Under the pieces are notes generated by a model, which was not told the DNA's origin, made no database searches, and saw only the letters and a program-made list of their open reading frames with translations. Below, piece by piece: positions 1 to 10,616 of a stretch of 64,000 nucleotides of DNA. The position numbers and the translations under genes are program-made. Source of the stretch: a virus; the IMG/VR virus record IMGVR_UViG_3300023049_000574, positions 81,522 through 145,521 of that record, one strand, 5' to 3'. The number at the start of each line of letters is the position of its first letter. Within the stretch, counting starts at the first letter, position 1.

Positions 1-203
1 TATTAAGAGAGTTAAAATTTTATTAGAAAATGAGGCTGAAAATAAACCTTTTATATTCAGAATTCGATTCACTATTAATAGAAATAAAGTAGTAGTTCAA
101 AAACTTGGACAGAATAATCAGTTGAGTCAGGTGAGTCAGTTTACATTCAGACCCTTTAATCCTGGTGCGGGTGGACAATAAATTAAAAAAAAGATTCTAA
201 TTA

Positions 204-3200
204 ATGAATAGTTTTACATTATTAAAAACAAATCCTAAATTAACTACGAACGTAAAGGTCATTTATAGTGATGATAAAGTGTATCTACAATCTTTTGAGG
301 TATTACCCGAACTATCTGAGAGAAAGTATACTAAAAGGGTAGTAACACAAAACAGTGATATAAATAGTCAAATAGGTAAATTTTGGCAGAATACACCAAA
401 AGAGATAGCCTATTTCAATTTTGATGAATTAGATTTTGATGTTTCTTATAACACATATGATAAACAGATAGATGATACTTACATCAGTGGGGCATCTAGA
501 ATTAATAACTATGAAGAAGAGTTCGAATATTTCGCTCCTGTTCATATTTATAAAAATGATATACCTTGTAACTTTATTATTTTCAGAGCAGACGGAGCAG
601 GTGTACTTGATCTAAATACTCAAAACTTTAGACAAAATGTTCTTAATAAGATGAAGGTTGTTAGAAATTTTAATCTTAAATCTGATAATAAGTTAGGTAA
701 AATGATCACCAATACTTATTTAGGTAATGATGATTTACCAAATAGTGGGATATCGATTAACTTTAACCAAACGGAATTCACATATTGGAATGGTATAGAC
801 TATGAAACAGGTGAATACACATCTAAGGGGAAGATATTAGATGATAACTTCGATAAAGAATTAACTTTCACACAGGGGTTTGATTTATTAACAGGAAATT
901 TTGAAGAAGAGGGAGTAATATATCCTTTCATATTAAATATGAGCTTCTTATTCGATGATAAACCTGCTAGTCCTGAGGGTCTTAACACATGGTCAATAAA
1001 TAGGTATTATGGATTTTATGGTGATCTAGAAAACGTAACAAGCATATCTCCTTATATGCCTCCTGCGTTAAAAGAAGGACTTAAGTTAGATAGGAATAAT
1101 ATATTTACATTAAGTGGCGCAAGAGTTAACCCATTTAAAAGAGAATTTAAAGATGGTAAAACATATTATGTAGAATACAAAAATGATTTTTACTTAGTAG
1201 AGAAAATAGAAGATGGGTATAAAGTAATATCTGATGTGGCTTTACCTACGGATGTTGACAGTAACTTCAACTTAAACACAATAACTTTCTTAGATAATAA
1301 TGTAATTAAATACCAAAATGGGAATAATTATACATTAGATGAAGATTCTGACGTATTAATAATCGATATTGATGGTGTTTGTCATAGGTTTTTAAAAGAT
1401 GGTGATAATTGGAGAGTTCTTTCAGATTATAAGTTTGAGATAAATAATAACATATTCAAATATTTTGTAAACAGAGGCGACCCATCACAAACTACAATTC
1501 TTAATTTAAATGAGGTAACTAAAGACAATCCCCCAAAATCATTTAAGGTATGTAAATTTAATTTTAAGGAAGTAAAAAACTTTGATCTAGATATATTAGA
1601 TACGGAGTACTCTAAATTTGAATATGAGTTTAGTTCATTTATTACGAAGAGCGAAGAACCTAAGTTATATGAAGACGATAACCTATTCAGTGGTTATGAA
1701 AAACCTATAGAAAAGTATATCTACAATAAAGAAGTTATCTCTATTCCTGTTGCTAATGAATATTTAGCTACTTCTGAATTATTTGAATTGATCCAAAAAG
1801 GACAAAGACCAAATAAGTTTTGGGATAAGAATTCAGATATAGTAAAATGGGGTATAGAAAGTAGTGTGGGTAATAATGATTATCCTTATATGTTTAATAT
1901 AAACCAAAAGGGTGATGATTATAATAGAGTAGCTAACACAGATAATAGCATACCTAGTAGAGTAGACAGAAATTTAGATTATTTCTATACATTAGCAAGT
2001 AGTGATTATAATTTTGGATACAATAATAATGTAATACATCAATCATTATCTATTATTAATGAAAACGATTTTAAAATAGATAAATATTTTAACAGGAACT
2101 ATGCTTCTAATTACTTTGATGAAATATTCTCAGGAGAGGAAACATATAATAATGTTATATCTAAGAGTAAGAAATTTTCTAACTTCTTACCTAGTGAGGA
2201 AAGTAACCCTAATAAAACTTGGTTTAAAGGATTAGAGTTTAGTATTTATAACGTAGATCAAATAGAAAAAGATAATAATACTATATTAAAGATGAATGTA
2301 AGTTCTTCTAATAGTTTCGAAAACTATAAGTTTTCTGTGTTATTATCCGCTAGATCAAATAATATAGAAAATGATTTTGCGCCAACAAATACATCCTCGA
2401 ATTGGGTATTGATAAGAAATTGGGAAAGGAATACGACTTATTTCACAGGTAGTATAGTTCTATTTGATGGAACTAAATTTAAAGACAGTGATGGTCAGTA
2501 TGGATTTCCAGGATATGTAGGAACAAGCTCTACTACGGGAACAGTAGATCCACAAGAATATGTTTACCCTAATGGTGAAACAGAAACTTTAACAATAGAC
2601 AGTGAAACATATGCGTTAACAGAAATATCACCAACAGGACCGAACAACGGTAATGCTGAACTCTTTATATGTACAGCTACTACCTCGGTAATAAGTCCAT
2701 TTGGAAACCCTGTTGATAGTACGGATTGGACAATATATCCACCTATTAGTTATAGATCTATTTATTATAGAAAAAATACATCATATTTGGCATTTGATTC
2801 ATCTATTACTTATAATAGTTTAATAGATAGACCTGCCCTTAATTTTAACTATTTATCTTATTTCGTTTTATATAAAGGACAATATTATAAAAGCGTTAGG
2901 GAACAAGGAAGCGCAGATAATATAACACCCGAAACAGTAGTTATAAGTGAATTAGACGGAAACCAAATAGTATATTGGGAGCAGGTAGAACAATATAATA
3001 CGACTAAGAACTATATAGAAAATGAGATCGTTAGTTTAGATAGAGATTTATATTATTTTGATTCCGATACAGAGGAACTATCATTAATATTTACTCTAAA
3101 ACCATCGGTTGATACTTTATATAGTAGATATAATGTAGTAAGATTCAATGATGATTATTACACTAATTTAATAGATGGGTCAGTATTGGATAATGGTGTG

Positions 3201-3947
3201 AATATATATATCAACAAAAAGTGGAAAAACATTTTAATTAATCCATATTTTAATGATATCATAAATCCATTTAACACAAACAGAGAACTTTTATATACAC
3301 CCGAATTGCAACAATTGACTGCTTCTAATATGATAGAGATAATCAACAGTATTAATCTAAAGAACGGATTTGTGAAAAATTTAGCGTATTATGTAATTGA
3401 AGAAGACGGAAGTTTTAACAAATATGATATCAATAATATTGAAGAAATTCCTTATATCCTGCAGGTTGAAGGACCTACCGAGAGAGAAATATATTCTCAT
3501 AGTTTAATTAAAAAGGGGTTAAATGTTAACCGTGATGTATTTAATATAGATAATGTTTTAGAAAATAACAATATAGAAATTTTAAATCAGATCAATTACT
3601 ATAATGGTCAGCCATTAGCTTATAAGTTTGAGAATAGAAACGGTCTTACTTTTGAAGATAGAACAAGTATCATATATAGGTTTGGTGGTGAGTATAATCC
3701 TATATTTAGTAATATATCTTTATTTGAATCCGATGGAGATAATAATTATAAATTCAACGAGAACCTAAGGGGTTTCGGTGAGATAAAAGAAATGATGAAA
3801 TCTAAAGTTAATGAGAATGATATACTAATAAACAAAAAGGGATATAGCTCTATTTACCCACAGATAGATGAAATTGGATATTTTGTAGATAGACATAACA
3901 TCTTTAAGAGTACTTGGGATAAGAGTTATTATAAAAAAACTATATAA
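204..3947 (+). CDS. Large hypothetical protein, probably virion structural (tail/baseplate region)
   Basis: 1247-aa ORF, N/D/Y-rich with a T/G/P-rich central part; no catalytic motif recognised. Confidence 0.4.
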   Translation: MNSFTLLKTNPKLTTNVKVIYSDDKVYLQSFEVLPELSERKYTKRVVTQNSDINSQIGKFWQNTPKEIAYFNFDELDFDVSYNTYDKQIDDTYISGASRINNYEEEFEYFAPVHIYKNDIPCNFIIFRADGAGVLDLNTQNFRQNVLNKMKVVRNFNLKSDNKLGKMITNTYLGNDDLPNSGISINFNQTEFTYWNGIDYETGEYTSKGKILDDNFDKELTFTQGFDLLTGNFEEEGVIYPFILNMSFLFDDKPASPEGLNTWSINRYYGFYGDLENVTSISPYMPPALKEGLKLDRNNIFTLSGARVNPFKREFKDGKTYYVEYKNDFYLVEKIEDGYKVISDVALPTDVDSNFNLNTITFLDNNVIKYQNGNNYTLDEDSDVLIIDIDGVCHRFLKDGDNWRVLSDYKFEINNNIFKYFVNRGDPSQTTILNLNEVTKDNPPKSFKVCKFNFKEVKNFDLDILDTEYSKFEYEFSSFITKSEEPKLYEDDNLFSGYEKPIEKYIYNKEVISIPVANEYLATSELFELIQKGQRPNKFWDKNSDIVKWGIESSVGNNDYPYMFNINQKGDDYNRVANTDNSIPSRVDRNLDYFYTLASSDYNFGYNNNVIHQSLSIINENDFKIDKYFNRNYASNYFDEIFSGEETYNNVISKSKKFSNFLPSEESNPNKTWFKGLEFSIYNVDQIEKDNNTILKMNVSSSNSFENYKFSVLLSARSNNIENDFAPTNTSSNWVLIRNWERNTTYFTGSIVLFDGTKFKDSDGQYGFPGYVGTSSTTGTVDPQEYVYPNGETETLTIDSETYALTEISPTGPNNGNAELFICTATTSVISPFGNPVDSTDWTIYPPISYRSIYYRKNTSYLAFDSSITYNSLIDRPALNFNYLSYFVLYKGQYYKSVREQGSADNITPETVVISELDGNQIVYWEQVEQYNTTKNYIENEIVSLDRDLYYFDSDTEELSLIFTLKPSVDTLYSRYNVVRFNDDYYTNLIDGSVLDNGVNIYINKKWKNILINPYFNDIINPFNTNRELLYTPELQQLTASNMIEIINSINLKNGFVKNLAYYVIEEDGSFNKYDINNIEEIPYILQVEGPTEREIYSHSLIKKGLNVNRDVFNIDNVLENNNIEILNQINYYNGQPLAYKFENRNGLTFEDRTSIIYRFGGEYNPIFSNISLFESDGDNNYKFNENLRGFGEIKEMMKSKVNENDILINKKGYSSIYPQIDEIGYFVDRHNIFKSTWDKSYYKKTI

Positions 3948-3950
3948 TAC

Positions 3951-4640
3951 ATGAGAAGAAGCGGAATATCACCTGAATACAGATATATAAACACAGCAGG
4001 AACTTTTAATATGATAGAACAAAAAAGTTTCATGGGATCTAAGTTAATGACAGCAGAGAACCCTATAGCTATAACTGATCAGGATATAGTATATTATCAA
4101 CAACTGAATGGTGAGCAATTAAACTTGAATCAAGAAATAAACATCAGTAAGATTATATTTTCTAGTTTAACAGAAAAGGCAAACAATCATCAAATAAATT
4201 TAGATGCTACTCAAACTGAAACTGATCAGAACGGAAGAACTAAGTGGATCATAAATATAAATTTAGTTGAGATACTAAGATCATATATGTTTACTAGAAT
4301 AAAAGAGAAAAGATCTTTTGGTGGTATATTAAGTGAGGAAACTTCTTTCAAATCCATAGATGATTCTATCAGACAATACTTAAATAATAATATAATAGGT
4401 TTATATGATTTCAAAAACATGGATCTTTACATAGAGTACTTACCATTATCAGAAGAAGAAAGAAAGAGATATGAGGTGAGTTATGATCGAAAGGTTAAAG
4501 AAGATGGAAGCAAATCAAGTAAGTTCAGTTTATCCTTTAGTAAAGATCGATCATATGTGCAAGTATTCTTCACACAAGAAAAGAACAGTAAAGATTTTAC
4601 TTTCAACTATTACTTTGATTTATACTACGAGCAAAAATAA
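3951..4640 (+). CDS. Hypothetical protein (possibly structural)
   Basis: 229-aa ORF starting 3 nt after the large ORF. Confidence 0.4.
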   Translation: MRRSGISPEYRYINTAGTFNMIEQKSFMGSKLMTAENPIAITDQDIVYYQQLNGEQLNLNQEINISKIIFSSLTEKANNHQINLDATQTETDQNGRTKWIININLVEILRSYMFTRIKEKRSFGGILSEETSFKSIDDSIRQYLNNNIIGLYDFKNMDLYIEYLPLSEEERKRYEVSYDRKVKEDGSKSSKFSLSFSKDRSYVQVFFTQEKNSKDFTFNYYFDLYYEQK

Positions 4641-4642
4641 TA

Positions 4643-5014
4643 ATGAATATGAGCTACGATAAGTTTCAGAACAATTTAATCAGGCTTTTCAAAATATTTG
4701 AGAAAAGACCTAACCATTTAAGTCAATTTCTAATTGAAAACGATGCTTTTAATGAAGACTTCAAAAAGAATGTTATCAAAAGCGAAAACCTTAATTCGAT
4801 CAATGAGTTATCTGAATCACTTATTGATTTCTCTGACTTTGATGAAATGAATGAATTTTTAAATGACCTTATTAAAAACCATAAGAAAAATAAAATAGTG
4901 TCTGAAAGCAAGATGAACAAAGAGTTATTTAAATTAATTTCAGAAGAAAAATTCGAAGATGCTGCCGCTTTGAGAGATTATATGAAAAAAAATCAAATAA
5001 AAATTAAACTTTAA
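4643..5014 (+). CDS. UVR (UvrB/UvrC motif) domain protein
   Basis: C-terminal EEKFEDAAALRDYMKK matches the UVR helical hairpin E.FE.AA.LRD. Confidence 0.7.
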   Translation: MNMSYDKFQNNLIRLFKIFEKRPNHLSQFLIENDAFNEDFKKNVIKSENLNSINELSESLIDFSDFDEMNEFLNDLIKNHKKNKIVSESKMNKELFKLISEEKFEDAAALRDYMKKNQIKIKL

Positions 5015-5058
5015 TCTAATCTCATATATAACAATTGAACATTTAAATTAATAAATAT

Positions 5059-6147
5059 ATGAGTAAAAAAATAAGCCCAATCGGTGATCCAACTCTAACC
5101 GATGTATTCGAAGAGGAATTACCTATCGAACAACGTGATAAAGAACAATATGATCTTATCATGCAACACACAAATTTCCCTAAGCCTAACAGTGTAATGA
5201 CTGCACAATTTTTAGGAAAGGACGAAACGCATTATTTACTTAATGCAAACTTAAAGGATGTAATCCGAGTTCCTGTTAACAGAAGTGAAAAGAAAATATT
5301 CTCTACCCTAGCGGAAGGATCTGATATCGATGTACTAGTTACAGGTATTTCAGATGATACCAATGAATATTCTATTAACGGAAGTGTTAGTCAGATTTAC
5401 CAAGAAAAAGCATTCCAAATCCTCAGAAACATAAATGATGATGAGTATGTAAGCGTTAATATCTTAGAACTTACTCCTGGTGGGTACAGATGTGAGATCA
5501 ACATGGAAAACTGCTTACTCGATGCGTTCTTACCACAGTTCTTAGCAGATGTGAATAAAATAAGAGACGAAGCTAAAGATAATTTAGTAGGGAACACTTA
5601 TAACATATGTATCGAAAGTTATTCAAGAGATAAGAGAACTTGGATTGTATCAAGAAGAAAATACTTGAAGCAACTTATTCCTTCTCACTTAAACGATCTC
5701 GATAAAGAAACTAACTATACAGGTCATGTTACAGGAACAGCACCATTTGGTATTTTTGTTCAATTTAACGAGTGTTTAACAGGATTGATTCATAGCTCTA
5801 ACCTTAATGATGATGTATTAGGAGAATTCGAAAACGGAAACATTAAAGCGGGTGATGAAATCACATTCAAAGTAAAAGATAAGTTGAATAAAAACAAGAT
5901 TATCTTAACACAAAAATCAACAGTTTCTTTTTGGGATACCATTGAGATAAACCAAGAAGTAGAGGCAGTGATCAAAGATCATAAACCTTTTGGGACTCTT
6001 GTGAATTTGGATAACGAAACCCTTGGGTTAGTTTATAAAAACGAACAAAGTGAACAAGTGTTAAGCCTGAAAAAAGGAGATCCTATTAACGTCAAGATCA
6101 TAAAATTTAATCGAGATAAAAGAGATATATTTTTATCAGTTATATAA
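5059..6147 (+). CDS. Ribosomal protein S1-like multi-S1-domain protein
   Basis: Repeated S1/OB motifs: GHVTGTAPFGIFVQFNECLTGLIHSSNL, IKDHKPFGTLVNL..GLVY, AFLP..., IVSRR. Confidence 0.8.
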   Translation: MSKKISPIGDPTLTDVFEEELPIEQRDKEQYDLIMQHTNFPKPNSVMTAQFLGKDETHYLLNANLKDVIRVPVNRSEKKIFSTLAEGSDIDVLVTGISDDTNEYSINGSVSQIYQEKAFQILRNINDDEYVSVNILELTPGGYRCEINMENCLLDAFLPQFLADVNKIRDEAKDNLVGNTYNICIESYSRDKRTWIVSRRKYLKQLIPSHLNDLDKETNYTGHVTGTAPFGIFVQFNECLTGLIHSSNLNDDVLGEFENGNIKAGDEITFKVKDKLNKNKIILTQKSTVSFWDTIEINQEVEAVIKDHKPFGTLVNLDNETLGLVYKNEQSEQVLSLKKGDPINVKIIKFNRDKRDIFLSVI

Positions 6148-6151
6148 AACA

Positions 6152-6189
6152 AAAAAAAAGAGAGAAGCGTATGTTTCTCTCTTTTTTTT
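6152..6189 (+). terminator. Intrinsic terminator (bidirectional-type)
   Basis: A-run, GAGAGAAGC-loop-GTTTCTCTC, T-run directly after the S1-like gene. Confidence 0.85.
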
Positions 6190-6205
6190 AATTAATTTCA
6201 CACCT

Positions 6206-6436
6206 ATGGACAATAACGATTTAATTAAGAAGATAAACGATCTACAAGAACGTCCTTTTATCCCATTCGAAGGAATGGAAGATAGTGTTTTCATGAAAGA
6301 AGGTATGCCTATACATCCATTAACTTGTGGTAACGATAGTAGACATAAAGTTCTTAGAGCTACCGAAGAAAACGGAAAAGTGATATTAGTGTGTGATGAT
6401 TGTGACTATAAACAAAGTTATATACCTAATTTCTAA
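6206..6436 (+). CDS. Small hypothetical protein, possible Zn ribbon
   Basis: TCGNDSRH...VCDDCDY. Confidence 0.5.
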   Translation: MDNNDLIKKINDLQERPFIPFEGMEDSVFMKEGMPIHPLTCGNDSRHKVLRATEENGKVILVCDDCDYKQSYIPNF

Positions 6437-6438
6437 TC

Positions 6439-7023
6439 TCAATTCTTAGAAAGTTTATCTAATATTCTCTTTTCATACTCACTAAGAGATTTCATACCAA
6501 ACTTACTGATCTTATCTAAGATATCGTCTAATGTCATAGAATCTACTTCTTCTTTATCCACCTCTTCTAAAAGTTTAGGACTCATTAAACTATATAACTC
6601 ATTATTTTCTATATCATTAGGGATACTATCAATCACTTCTTTAATGTTATAGTGATTCTGCTCATACCTCATTATCGGGCATAATAAGAACGCAAAATCC
6701 TCTTCTATTAAAGGTGGTATAAAATCATCAACAATTTCTCCCCTGATATATTTATCATATTTTATATAAACTTCTACTATTACCCTAGATAGCTCGTAGT
6801 CTAATCGGTCATCGTATTTCATTTTATATTTAGTATCCTCTATTATTTGGTCTTCCTCATCTTCTATTACGGGATATGTTCCCCAAGTATAGAAGAAATA
6901 TAATTCTTCTTCATCTAATTTTTCATTAGCATAAGATTCAAGATCTTTTAGAAACCTTTCAGTTATATCAGGGAAATCAAGTTTGAATTCTTCGTATGAC
7001 ACAAGTATTTCTTTCATAATCAA
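6439..7023 (-). CDS. Hypothetical protein with C-terminal DUF6576-like motif
   Basis: LDDILDKISKFGMKSLSEYEKRIL. Confidence 0.6.
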   Translation of the reverse strand: MIMKEILVSYEEFKLDFPDITERFLKDLESYANEKLDEEELYFFYTWGTYPVIEDEEDQIIEDTKYKMKYDDRLDYELSRVIVEVYIKYDKYIRGEIVDDFIPPLIEEDFAFLLCPIMRYEQNHYNIKEVIDSIPNDIENNELYSLMSPKLLEEVDKEEVDSMTLDDILDKISKFGMKSLSEYEKRILDKLSKN

Positions 7024-7100
7024 CTAAGTCATTTATTTTATATATTAGAAAATTCTGTACCTATATGAAAAAATCAGTATATTTGTATAAAAATAATTAC

Positions 7101-7676
7101 ATGAACATATTGAACAAAAAATCATTCAAGATACTTTTGATCATAAACAGTATCGTATTCTCAGCACAGATGCTTATTCCTTACACGAATTATGTTGTGC
7201 CATTATACCCTATGGGAACAGATAAATTCCTTGTTACTCAGTATCTTACGTCAATATTTTCACATGCTAATCTAATCCATTTTGCTTTTAATATGCTAGG
7301 ATTATATTTCATAATTAAGATGCTCGAACCTGCCTTTACGTGGAAAAAGGTTATTTTATATTACTTAATAACAGGATTGGCTTCTTCTGTTGTGTATCAT
7401 CTAATTGGATCACCTGATAAAGCATTAGTTGGGGCAAGCGGTGCATTATATGGATTACTTACCATACTAGCATTTTCTTTACCTAATATTAGGGTGTATT
7501 TGTTTTTTATACCTATTCCGATTAAGTTAAAAAACATATTTTATGCATATATAGCAATTGAATTATTTTTGTTCCTTACTATACAATCAGCAGATGGGGT
7601 GGCTCATATTGTTCACTTATTGGGAGCATTTTTTGGATATGTAACATTTTTACTAAACAAAAGAGGGATTATTTAA
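7101..7676 (+). CDS. Rhomboid family intramembrane serine protease
   Basis: Hydrophobic; FSHANLIHFAFNM, catalytic GASG, AHIVHLLG. Start moved to 7101 because TATATTTG lies at 7078-7085. Confidence 0.9.
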   Translation: MNILNKKSFKILLIINSIVFSAQMLIPYTNYVVPLYPMGTDKFLVTQYLTSIFSHANLIHFAFNMLGLYFIIKMLEPAFTWKKVILYYLITGLASSVVYHLIGSPDKALVGASGALYGLLTILAFSLPNIRVYLFFIPIPIKLKNIFYAYIAIELFLFLTIQSADGVAHIVHLLGAFFGYVTFLLNKRGII

Positions 7677-7686
7677 TATATTTAGT

Positions 7687-8211
7687 ATGGATATTTTTCA
7701 TTTCATATTAGGTGTAATATTTGGCGCATCCGCAGTAATTGTTGGGATTTCTATTAATGTACATAGGTCAGAATATAAGAAATATGTGCTACCTTTTAAA
7801 AAATTAATCGGTGAGCATATATCTAGTTTTACATTCAACACGAGAGTAGCAAATTTAGTTTACTTCAACCATAAAGATTATACGGTTGTTCTAAACCTTA
7901 AAGAAAAAGAAGTTTACTTATACCAAGATACTACTATTATCGCAACTACTTTCAAAGAGAACACACAAGAAGTGAAGCATCTATATACTTTATTAGAAAC
8001 AGCATACCACGCAGATATTTATCTTAAGATTATTACAGCATCAAATGGTGTAGTAATGTCACAACCCAAGGAAACAGATGTTAGTAAGAAAGAGAAAGAA
8101 CATGTTCATACACCAAGCGTTGATGATATTTTAGATAAGATCAGCAAAGATGGGATGGATAGCTTATCTGAAATAGAATTAGAGATCCTTAAAAATAATA
8201 GTGATGATTAA
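7687..8211 (+). CDS. N-terminally membrane-anchored protein with C-terminal DUF6576-like motif
   Basis: N-terminal hydrophobic helix; VDDILDKISKDGMDSLSEIELEIL. Confidence 0.6.
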   Translation: MDIFHFILGVIFGASAVIVGISINVHRSEYKKYVLPFKKLIGEHISSFTFNTRVANLVYFNHKDYTVVLNLKEKEVYLYQDTTIIATTFKENTQEVKHLYTLLETAYHADIYLKIITASNGVVMSQPKETDVSKKEKEHVHTPSVDDILDKISKDGMDSLSEIELEILKNNSDD

Positions 8212-9020
8212 TCTATAAAAGATTTAATTGCTTTAGCATCTTTTTTACTATAAAAAACACCTATATATCCAATTAATTGACTATTATCATACATAGGGTT
8301 TATACTAAGATATACCTCTGTATTTCTCATATCGTTTCTATTTAGTTTTACTTTTTGCATAATATTTAAATTGTCTTCTGAGAATAGATTTTTCTTAGGG
8401 AACACATCATAAATGTGTCTTCTCATTATTTCCCCCCTAGTGTACCCGCTTAATTCTTCTGAGCGTTTGTTGAATTCTACGATTTTTCCGTATTTATTAA
8501 CACAAACCATACCTCCTGGGTAATTGTCCAATACTACGTTTTTATATCTAATAGTATCTCTAACCTGAGCGTTTAGTTGAACTTCTTTGGTTATATCTTC
8601 TCCGAATAAAAGATAAAGTTCTTCGTCCTCTAAATACATACCGTGCCATTTAATAGTATATGATTCACCGTGGGTAGATACAATTCTTGATACCATTGAT
8701 CTTTCTTCCTTCTTTAATATTTCGATATATTGTTTAAAGTCATCAACATCATCAGGATGTATATCTCTTGTTAATAGACCATTTATTAAGCTAGTGTGTG
8801 AAAGGTTTAATTTTTTCTTTAATAAGTAGTTGTACTTTTTAACACGTGTGTCTTCGTCTATTAATGTGTATATGAATGGACACTTATCGAAATATTTCTG
8901 TAAGCTTTTAAGATCTTTAGTAGTTTGTAAATTTTTTTCTTTCAAAAAGGAGGACATGTTGCTTATTTCTTTTACTAGTTCCTCATCACTGTATTTTTTT
9001 GATTTATTAAAAATTCCCAC
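8208..9020 (-). CDS. Tandem PAS domain protein without output domain
   Basis: IHPDDVDDF and GKIVEFNKRSEELSGYTRGEIM..HIYDVFP PAS signatures. Confidence 0.75.
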   Translation of the reverse strand: MGIFNKSKKYSDEELVKEISNMSSFLKEKNLQTTKDLKSLQKYFDKCPFIYTLIDEDTRVKKYNYLLKKKLNLSHTSLINGLLTRDIHPDDVDDFKQYIEILKKEERSMVSRIVSTHGESYTIKWHGMYLEDEELYLLFGEDITKEVQLNAQVRDTIRYKNVVLDNYPGGMVCVNKYGKIVEFNKRSEELSGYTRGEIMRRHIYDVFPKKNLFSEDNLNIMQKVKLNRNDMRNTEVYLSINPMYDNSQLIGYIGVFYSKKDAKAIKSFID

Positions 9021-9079
9021 GTTGTTTATTATTTTAATTTATATATTAAAAGTAAAAGTTCATTTTTAATATATAGGGT

Positions 9080-9832
9080 ATGAGAAAGATACTAGAATTC
9101 GAAGAAAAGGACTTAAAACCCACAAATAGCTTTAAATTAAACGATACTTTAAATCCCGATTTATGGGAAGACATGAATCTGAAACAAGAAGTCAGAGAAA
9201 AATTAATCGAAATAGCTAATGAGTTTATATCAATGATACACGGAGAATTCTCAGTAAGTGATATTTATTTCACAGGATCTTTAGCTTCTTATAATTGGAG
9301 TGAGTATTCAGACGTAGATATTCATGTAAAGATTGATTTCAGTGAGATTAATGATGATACCGAATTAGTAGAAGAATATTTGAAACTAGTAGCAAAGAAA
9401 TTCAATAATGGTTATGACATTTCAATATATAAATATGATGTTGAAATATATTTAGAAGATGTTTCTGAAGAAAGGGAACACGTGAATGGATTATATAGTA
9501 TTTTAAATGATAAGTGGGTAAAGAAAGCTTCGCCATTTGATCGTGAGATAGATGTTAAATTAGTTGAGGAAAAAGCGATCAATTTAATGGAACAAATTGA
9601 TGAACTCTTAGATAAAGATGAAAAGAATGAAATCGAGAAGGAAGAACTAATCGAAGAGATCAATAAGATTTGGCTTAAAATAAAAAAGTCTAGAAAAGAT
9701 GGGATCAGTTCCCCTGACGGTGATCTATCTATTGGTAATCTAGTATTTAAATATCTTAGAAGAAATGAATATATTTCTAAGATCATAGGAGTCAAAAAGG
9801 AAGTAGTAGAAGCTAAGTATAGCTTAGACTAA
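9080..9832 (+). CDS. Pol-beta superfamily nucleotidyltransferase
   Basis: FTGSLASYNWSEYSDVDIH (hGS...DxD); N-terminus MRKILEFEE; TAATATATA at 9067. Confidence 0.75.
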   Translation: MRKILEFEEKDLKPTNSFKLNDTLNPDLWEDMNLKQEVREKLIEIANEFISMIHGEFSVSDIYFTGSLASYNWSEYSDVDIHVKIDFSEINDDTELVEEYLKLVAKKFNNGYDISIYKYDVEIYLEDVSEEREHVNGLYSILNDKWVKKASPFDREIDVKLVEEKAINLMEQIDELLDKDEKNEIEKEELIEEINKIWLKIKKSRKDGISSPDGDLSIGNLVFKYLRRNEYISKIIGVKKEVVEAKYSLD

Positions 9833-10192
9833 TTCGTTTAACTTTTTATCTCTAATAAGCTGTTTTAAATTATCACCATTTTTTATACCAAGATCAGCAT
9901 ATCTATTTTTAACAATACGTATTTTATTATCTATAATTCTAATAAAAAGAGTAGCACCATATAACAACTCTAAGCCACCACGGTCTATTATACGCTCTTC
10001 GGTTTGATATATAGTTGTATAAAAAAGGGTATTATCATCGCTTCTAACTTCTTTTGTGGTAGTCCGCATTGTAGTTTCGATATCAACTACATTGTCAATA
10101 TTAAACCGATGGAAAAGGTATCTGATGTTTTCTATCATATTCTCTTCTTTATAAGAATCATCATTTGTTGATATAACTATTTTATTCGGCAT
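9824..10192 (-). CDS. Hypothetical protein with C-terminal RDxKI-type motif
   Basis: Ends IRDKKLNELV. Confidence 0.5.
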   Translation of the reverse strand: MPNKIVISTNDDSYKEENMIENIRYLFHRFNIDNVVDIETTMRTTTKEVRSDDNTLFYTTIYQTEERIIDRGGLELLYGATLFIRIIDNKIRIVKNRYADLGIKNGDNLKQLIRDKKLNELV

Positions 10193-10616
10193 CTTCTAAT
10201 ATTTCGTCTATAATATTATCTCTCTTTACCACAGTATCATATTTATGCCATGATATATTAGATGGCAACATTACAACTTCATTTTGCTCTATATCTGAGA
10301 AAATCATTGTTGTTTTATAAAAACTATATTTAGACGCAGTTTCTGTGTATCCCTCACTTATATGATTAATATCCTTACTATTTATTCTACCATAATCATA
10401 CTTATTCAGTTGTTTTATGAATATTGAATATCTTTGGTAGATAATGAAAGCGATACCTAAATTTATAAGCAGGTTAAAAATACTAATATAGGCAAAACTT
10501 GTAAGTAAAAATATTATACCTATTGTAGTAGATATTAAAAAAACTATCATAAGGTCGTCTAATAACAACCCTATGATAGCTTTTTTATCTTTTATATCTA
10601 AGTCTTTAAACCGCAT
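10182..10616 (-). CDS. Membrane protein with C-terminal RDxKI-type motif
   Basis: Two hydrophobic helices; ends KRDNIIDEILEDAE. Confidence 0.5.
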   Translation of the reverse strand: MRFKDLDIKDKKAIIGLLLDDLMIVFLISTTIGIIFLLTSFAYISIFNLLINLGIAFIIYQRYSIFIKQLNKYDYGRINSKDINHISEGYTETASKYSFYKTTMIFSDIEQNEVVMLPSNISWHKYDTVVKRDNIIDEILEDAE

